DNA of 64,000 nucleotides, taken from Amoebophrya sp. A120. Lineage: Eukaryota; Protista; Dinoflagellata. The position numbers were made by a program, and so were the translations under genes. How positions within the stretch are numbered: the first letter of the stretch is position 1; the number at the start of each line of letters is the position of its first letter. Of the stretch, positions 57,231 to 64,000 are shown piece after piece. A model generated the notes under the pieces. The model saw only the letters and a program-made list of their open reading frames with translations. It was not told where the DNA came from and made no database searches. The DNA lies in the NCBI GenBank assembly GCA_905178155.1, contig CAJINV010000005.1, positions 4,195,556 to 4,259,555 on the forward strand, written 5' to 3'.

Positions 57231-60200
57231 TCAGAGAAAATAAGGGGAGTGCGCCATGTATGCATTGCAAAAGCATCGCACTAGTATAAATGACATGACA
57301 AATTTCCTTAACATGAGAAACGAGATTTGTAATGCGGATTTGCCTTGATAACAAGATTTGTAATGCATGAATGCGATTAGTACGAGTACGATACTTTTGC
57401 ACAGGATACCATGGAGGCGATGGACAGATGCCGTCCGCCTACAGAGCTCGAAGGCGGATCAAATGCAAAAATGTCTGGGTCTGGAAGGATGCAACTTGTG
57501 ATGCTGAATTCGGATTCTACAAAAATCTGTATTGCGTGAACAGCAAAAGAGGTCCAGTTTTTGCCACGGCGAGAGGGCATTTCTAATGCGGTGTAGGCAT
57601 CAGGAAGCCCCCACAAAATGTGTGATGCTAGCGCGTGCGTCACAGAATTCAGGAGTCATGCAAAGTGTGCATGACAAACCTCGCTAGCATCCTTCCAGAC
57701 CCAGACATTCTTGCATTTGATAAGGCGGATCGTGGAACGACGAGTAGAACGGGTTTGGCGAGCTGCCCAGGTAAAACAAATCCTGCTCCTGTCGCATCGC
57801 TGCGGCCCACTCGTCCGCGCGCGCCAACTGCAGCCACCCGAGGTGGTGGCTTTCGTCGTTGAAAGACGAAGGCTTGCAGTGTTCAACGTGCGCTGCCCGG
57901 TCCGCCCACGCTTTCTCCAGTCGGGGTAACGCAAACTGGCTCTTGAGCTGCTCCATCACAAACAGCGGCGCCGGGACAGTTTGCGCGGCTCCAGCGGTAC
58001 TCGTGTAGTTACAGTGGATCATGCCAATAGTTGTAACACTATTACTCCCGGCCGCAGGGGCGCTTTGCTGCGACAAGGCCGTGCTTTGCTGAGAGGAGCT
58101 GCCCCCGGCGACCGGCGCACAAACAAGGGGTCCGGCGGAGGCGGCGGCTTGCACCGGTGCTGCCGACTCTGGGACGGACGAAAGCAGTGAAGCTAGAGTG
58201 TTGGTGCTGGCCGTGCCCGTTCCGGCCCCCACCGTGGTCCCCGCCCGTGTTTGGTGGTCTCCGGCGGCAGTACCGATCGAAGGAGTAGGAGTCCCGGCGA
58301 CGGGGTTCCCGCACTGTGTCGCGGCTGCACAAGTTGTGAGCGGGGCCCTGCTCGTAAAACTTGAAGACTGCTGCGGTCCTGCGGAAGTGTTGACTACCAC
58401 TCTCTGCGACGACGTGTGCGAAGGCTCCGCACGATGAAAGAGGTATCTTAGAAAAAAGCACACCCATTCCCATATCGGAAAAAAAGAACAACTCAAAGTG
58501 CATTTACAAATTGCTTTCTACACTTGCTTTCTTATGGTCTCCGCGTTACAACTGAGCTGCTTTCTTCACTGGCGATTATCTATATCTTCATCTCCTGGCA
58601 TCACAAACATAAATTCCTGTGGTGCTAGTAGGGGCGTTGTACAGCTTCTCTGTAGGATAACTGGGGAGCCGGGAACTTTCGAAACTGACCGTACCAAACT
58701 CGTGGATCTCGGGATTTCTGTATCAACTCGCGGGCCTCCTCCATACGTCGCTGTAAGGCCAGGGCAGCTTGGGTGGTATTCGCTGATGCGGGGGGTCCAC
58801 CTCCTGCCGCGGAAACGGCCCTGCTCGTCGTGCAGCTGTTGAGTGGTCCACCAGACGCGGCTGCACGGCTCGGCAAAAAGCTACAACCTGCAGGGCCTCC
58901 ACCTCCCGTCGCTGCGTCACTTGCTCCTGGTGCCTGCGACGTTGCCGCGGCCGTTGATGTCAGCATGGGAACAACGACAGTGCCGTGTTTATAATTCCTG
59001 GGCTTCTTACCCTTTTTCTTCTTTTTTGCCGATGAAAACTCTTGGGGCACACCAGTGGTGCGCGGATTGGACGCCGTGATCCGAACCTGCATGGCCGAAA
59101 CGTCCGACGAGGGGCGGCGGAAGTAGGGACGGTCCCCTTCTTGCTCATGCTCCAACACGTCACTGTCCAAGGCCCAATTGCAGGGCGCAAGCCGCTTCCG
59201 CTGACGCGGCCCGATGCTGCTCTCGTTCATCGCGACCACACCCGTCGTAGAGGCTGCATCCATCTCGTGGTTGAAAAGAGGAACCACACCGTTGTTCTCA
59301 TCTACTACAACTTTCGTCGCGGAAGTAGTTGTACCACTGCGAGAAGGGGGCGAGGAGCCTCCTCGCTCCGTAGCTGCACAGGATATGGGGTCGTCAACGT
59401 TGTATTTGCCTCAAGCTGTAAAAAATTTTCCGCGCGCCTTTTTTTGTATTTGATATCCATCATGTTGCACGCATATAGCCTCTCGCTACATTGCATACCG
59501 AATGAACTAGCTAGCTTCTTCGCAGCACTTCTCGGTGGCTAAAGTCGGAGCTATCCGGCGCTGCTGCTCCACGGACTTGCCTCGGAGCGCCCCTGCAGCC
59601 TGGAGGTGCTGCAGCAGGTCCTCCTGCAGTCCAGCCGCTAGACAATGGGCCTCAATCTGTGCAGGTCGGTCGGGGCCAAGGGCGCAAACGCAACCGGCCG
59701 CGGCTGCGTTTCCGCTTGTTTCTAATGTCGCGCAGCCGTGCGCGCTTTTTCCGGCAGGCGCGCGCGCCTTTTGCCTTTGCGGCTCGTTCTTGAAAATGCG
59801 AAAAGCCCGAGAGCCTTTCGGAAAGGCTTCCCGGAGGGGTTCCGGGACCCCTTTTGGGGAGGGGTAGCACCATCGTGATTCGAAGAAAAAGCGATAGCCT
59901 TTTTTTTAGGGTTCCGGGCACCCCTCCGGCCCTCCCTCTTTGGGGGGCCTCCGGAAAGGCCTTCGCGGCCAACATATGCGTGTGGTGCCCGCTAGAGACG
60001 ACGACGCCAAGGCCTGTGTAGACATCTCGTGGGGCGTCTGCAGCCTCACACCCTAACCCAGGCCATAGCGGCAAATGGCTGCACGGAGAAAGCAATCCGG
60101 AAAATGGAGCAAAATATTGCGCGCGCCCGGCGCTTTCTAAGTGAAAACGCCAGCCACAAAAGAACCCTCTGTGCCCCGCCCTCCTCCGCGTCAATACTCA

Positions 60201-63200
60201 CTTACCTACTAGAGCACTGCTGCTGACAAGCTAGCTAAAACAAACCGCGCTCGAGTCAGCCCCTCACTTGCGGGCACAGGTTTACTAGCTTCCCGCCGCG
60301 AAAAAATGCGCGCAGAAATTTTTTTACGGTCTGAGGCAAATACAAGTTTGACGCCCCCATACAGGAGCCTCCTCGCTCCGTAGCTGCACTATCCTGCCCT
60401 GTGGCCGCAAAACTCGTAGCAGCGGCATAATTCTCGGATGGGAGGAGCAGGCCTCGGGAAAGGTCAAGCGCAGCTGCGTCCTCCGCCAGTTCCGGCACTG
60501 GATGTCTATCTTCTCGACGATTCCCTACCTTCTCGACGTGCACCTGCGCGGGAGTGCAGAAGTCAACGAGGTTACGTTCTTCCGGCTCCACCGAGGTGGA
60601 TCCAAGAACTCCAATCCGCACCGCGCCAGCTTCCTCACTAGAAGGCCGCGCCGAACACTGCTTGCTGCTGGACTTACTACTCGGCACACTGCTCATTTCC
60701 GAGGACCAACCATAATTGGTAGAGGAGCCCCCCAGAGGACGTAAGCTGTTTTTAAGTTTTATTTGCTGTTGGAGTATTATTTGGTGTTATTTGTTTTTTA
60801 TCGCTCACCATTTGTCGCATGATCATGATATCACTGCAGGACCTGTAATGAAATTGCTGTAAAGGCTCGGTGATGTGTAATGGCGAGGATTTCTCGGTGA
60901 TGTCATATCTCGTCTCAACATGGCGAGGATCATGGTCCATCAACTTCGATTTTAGGCGGGTTCCAGGCTGGCGGGGCCGGCGGGTGAAATGTATGCTACG
61001 AAATTGGGCGGCGGGCAAGGAAACGCCGCAGAGTCGCGGCCGCGGCCATCAATGCAACGCGCAACCGGGGGGGGGGCGCATCACCAGCGCGCCGGCCCAC
61101 GTGCTCTTTCGCTCCGCCCGGCGCTGCGGCCGCAGAAAAAGAGCGCGGGGCAGGGGCGGGGCGGGGCGCCCACCATCCGGGCCCGCAGCGACAGGACGCT
61201 GCGGTGCCAGAGCTGCTGCTGGGGTGTGTGGCTCTTGGCGTTTTACTTTATTGCAGCCCACAGGGACGTTGGCACAGGATTATCGCGCCCGTATTGGCGC
61301 ACTGGATCCGCCAAGCCGGGCGCCTTGCGGCCTGTGTTTCTCGGAAAAGGAACCGCGCGAGCCGGCGCCGCCCTCCCGATGGCAGGGAAATAGGGGCGGG
61401 CGGGCGGTGGCCCTGCGGTGTGGCTCGCGTCGCTGCGCGATCAAGGCCCGCCGCCTGCGTCGCTTAAAGTGGCCTGCCACTTGTCCGCGTCGGGTGGCTT
61501 GTCGGGCCTTGTGGCGGATGGCCCCTGCTCGTAAATCAGGTGGCCCCCGCTGGTCTTTCACTCGGCGAAGGCCTGAAACCTACCTAGAATCGGGCCTGCC
61601 TCGCGGTCTCGGGCATCTACAAGAGGACTCGAAATCTTGGGTGGTGGTGCCGTTTTTTCAGCTGCGGGTGGCCAGCGTTTGGGCGCGCCATTTCTTGCGG
61701 TTCTCGACGCGGCCGAAAACGCATTTTTCGAGGCGCGTTTTTAAAATGCTTTTTTCGTTTTTGAGTACGTTTTTTCGAAAAACGAAAATGCGCGTTTTGT
61801 ATTTTGTTAGGGCATACCATGGCGAGGATCATGGTCCATCAACTTCGATTTGCAATTTCCATGCATCCTCAAAGCTAGCCACTATTCCAAAAACGCTCGC
61901 ACTCACGAGGTACTATTTTCCCCCGCGTGCCCAGCACGTCCACGCAATGTTGCAACCACAGACCTTTTCGGAAAAGAAACTCTCCGAGCTTCTATGGGTA
62001 TGTTGGCCCTGTGGCTGTGGATTCTGTTTGATCGCACATGCTGATACTAATAAATATACCCCCTTTTCTGGCACACACAGCTGGTAGGAAGTGTGGAAAG
62101 AGCGCATGCCTCAGCAGGATCGCCGTCTCTATGAGTTAGAGAAAATTCTATATCTTTCAGTGATTGTCATACCTTTCCGTAATTTTTAAAAGCCTTACCC
62201 AATGTCCTCGGATGCGCACGAAGTCGGGACAGTGGCTGCCGTGTGCGGTGGTATCTCTGCCGCAAGATTGATCGTTGTCCGTTGCGCCTGCGGTCGATCC
62301 ACGAAATGCATACGGCTGCGGCCATGTCCTCAGGAAAAACATCCCCTCCACCCCCGAGTCGAAATGGGAACCCTGCAGCACAAATTTACGGGATTTGAGA
62401 GTAACGCGCGACAACTTTGCCCTTGTATTCTAGTGCAGGTTAGCTTTAGCAAGGAGAAGGACAGCCGCATGATCACACACAATATTCTTAGATATTCTTA
62501 TTCTGTTTACAGCACTACAAATGGAAACGCCAAGCCACGATTGCAAACGCCTCTCCTGGGGATGCGCATTCCTGTAGTTGCAAAGAAACCTGCGTGACAA
62601 CTTCGGGGTGTAGTTTATGTGCTGGAATAGACCAAAATAAAGCACAGAGAAACTTAAACTTTCAGGAAAGGGAGGTGGGGCCGTGTTTGCTCAGGGTAGG
62701 CCAAACGGGCGAGTCCTGTTCTTGAAGACCATCGCGTGTGTGGGTTGTGTGTCGTCGCGTACATTTTCTCGTAGTGGTGCAGTTTGCTGGGCACGAGACC
62801 CGGTATTTCCGGGCGCCGCGGTGGCGCCGAAGAATGTCACGCTGCTAGGTTGTTCTTCCTGGTGCTGCAGCTGCTGCAGTTGCACCGGAAGAAAAAGCTT
62901 GTTTTCGCAGTGGGGATCCCGTCCTCGTTCCGGCGTCTTCGAAAAGAACATCCGTTCCACCGCGGTAGAGACGATAGTGGTCGTTGTCGCGACAGGAGCA
63001 CCTCCGCCCGGCGGCGCAGGAGGGGCCCCTGCTGAAATAAGAACCGGAGGATGAAGATCCCCCGGTAGACAAGCTACACTTGGATCCGGGGTGGACTCTG
63101 CTTGCTCTGGTCCATTCCCAGTCGCCAGACCCCGAACATTACCTTCGGTTGTACTTAAATTCGCTGCGGACATTGCATTAGTACCTCCGGCGGGCGGAAC

Positions 63201-63798
63201 CGGAAGCGGACCGCAGCCAACTGCATTACCTCCGGTGCCACTGGATGCAGTGCCGGCACCTTTGTTCAGCAGCAAGGCACCTGCGGCTGTCCGAAAAGTG
63301 GTCTGTGCGTGTCCGCCTCCGCCTGCGAGCTTTAGGGCCGATCGCATACTGCAGTGAAGAGTGCCCCCAACCCGGAACTTGCAAAAGTTAAAGTTTGTTA
63401 TTGTGCCGCAAGGTTTCCAAATAAAAAAATCCAAAACTGTTTGTCTTGCTAATCCGACCGCTGCCATAAAATTTTTGTCGTCTACTTGCGTGACAGGATG
63501 AAATCGATTGATTACCGATGAGTTGTTTTTTTGATGCAGAGTCTAGGCGAGTGCTGAGGCACTTTTTACATAACAGAAGGGCAGACTGTTATATATTGGG
63601 CCCTTTTGCAACGATCTTTCGCTGTGTGCGATCGTCATACACGCAGCATGGCGCGCCCAGTAGGAAGTTTTGCAATGCAAATCAATGCCGCCAGCAAGTT
63701 TTTGATGGGTGGGGGCACTTTTCAATGTGATATCGATGCCCGAACAGCGAGCGTGGCGACCCGGGGCGCGCGGCCAGCGCGCGGGTGCGCTGCAGCCG
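57231..63798 (-). CDS. Low-complexity Ser/Ala/Gly/Thr/Pro-rich protein, 5' end beyond the window
   Basis: In-frame joins FGHR|SALKL, PFG|RSRMH, EDIG (GT-AG intron 60746-62198) LRPLG, GGSC|AATERGGSSPPSR, APQ|FHRAE, HDPP|SSSVG, SM|AHSPYFL*. Confidence 0.7.
57259..57408. mobile_element. Short (150-bp) introner
   Basis: TIR tat...tgcaaaag.atcg.act; perfect TSD ccatg. Confidence 0.85.
57457..57722. mobile_element. Introner family A
   Basis: Perfect TSD aggcg; frame restored. Confidence 0.9.
58444..58659. mobile_element. Introner (E-like, degenerate)
   Basis: tatc...gata ends; TSD agagg/actgg; frame restored. Confidence 0.65.
59384..60361. mobile_element. Long (978-bp) introner family F with ~60-bp TIR
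   Basis: tatggggtcgtcaacgttgtatttgcctca... is inverted at 60300-60361; perfect TSD cagga; frame restored. Confidence 0.9.
62325..62698. mobile_element. Introner family B
   Basis: Perfect TSD ggcca; frame restored. Confidence 0.85.
63347..63732. mobile_element. Introner family C-like
   Basis: TIR ...tgaa.agtgccccca; TSD tcgca/tcgat; frame restored. Confidence 0.75.
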
Positions 63799-64000
63799 TA
63801 TGCATTGCGAATACGTCTGGGCCAACAAGCATGACAAGTTTTTACATAATAATTTAGAGCGCTTCCTTTCCACGCACAAATCGCGCTTCACAGATTGCGT
63901 TTTTACATGTCTATGGCACATCAACAAGCTGCACTTTTGTCGATACAGACTGTCCACGAGTGCCCGACAACCGTGACAAGCTCCACTTCTTCAAGTTCAA
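63799..64000. mobile_element. Introner family A, partial (left TIR)
   Basis: tatgcattgcgaatacgtctggg followed by a gcatgacaa motif. Confidence 0.65.

Noticed and set aside
60870-62087. 405-aa plus-strand ORF
   Set aside because: Runs through a GC-rich insert inside an intron of a minus-strand gene and crosses the insert boundaries; no recognisable motif.

Overview
Eukaryotic genomic DNA, most consistent with a dinoflagellate-lineage parasite such as Amoebophrya (inferred from the non-canonical TIR introns and co-oriented genes; not proven). All reconstructed genes lie on the minus strand: a polytopic membrane protein, signal peptidase SEC11, an intronless 1175-aa helical protein, a two-pore-domain K+ channel, a secreted EF-hand/JmjC protein, an ankyrin-repeat protein and a low-complexity protein. 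The dominant signal is about 40 MITE-like 'introner' elements. They fall into several terminal-inverted-repeat (TIR) families, mostly end 5'-TAT...ATA-3', and are flanked by a 5-bp direct repeat. They interrupt coding sequence without GT-AG ends, and in every coding case I checked by hand, removing the element plus one 5-bp copy restores the reading frame (cleanest in SEC11, the K2P channel and JmjC). Two long introners carry internal cargo, and the families share a TTGTCATGC subterminal motif. A GC-rich island (~18.8-36.4 kb) holds a non-autonomous split-direct-repeat (TOC1/PAT/Ngaro-type) element with a readable recombination core and several tandem arrays. Helentron/HINE-like elements lie at 9.9 kb and 32.5 kb. 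Coordinates were counted by hand and may be off by a few bases.
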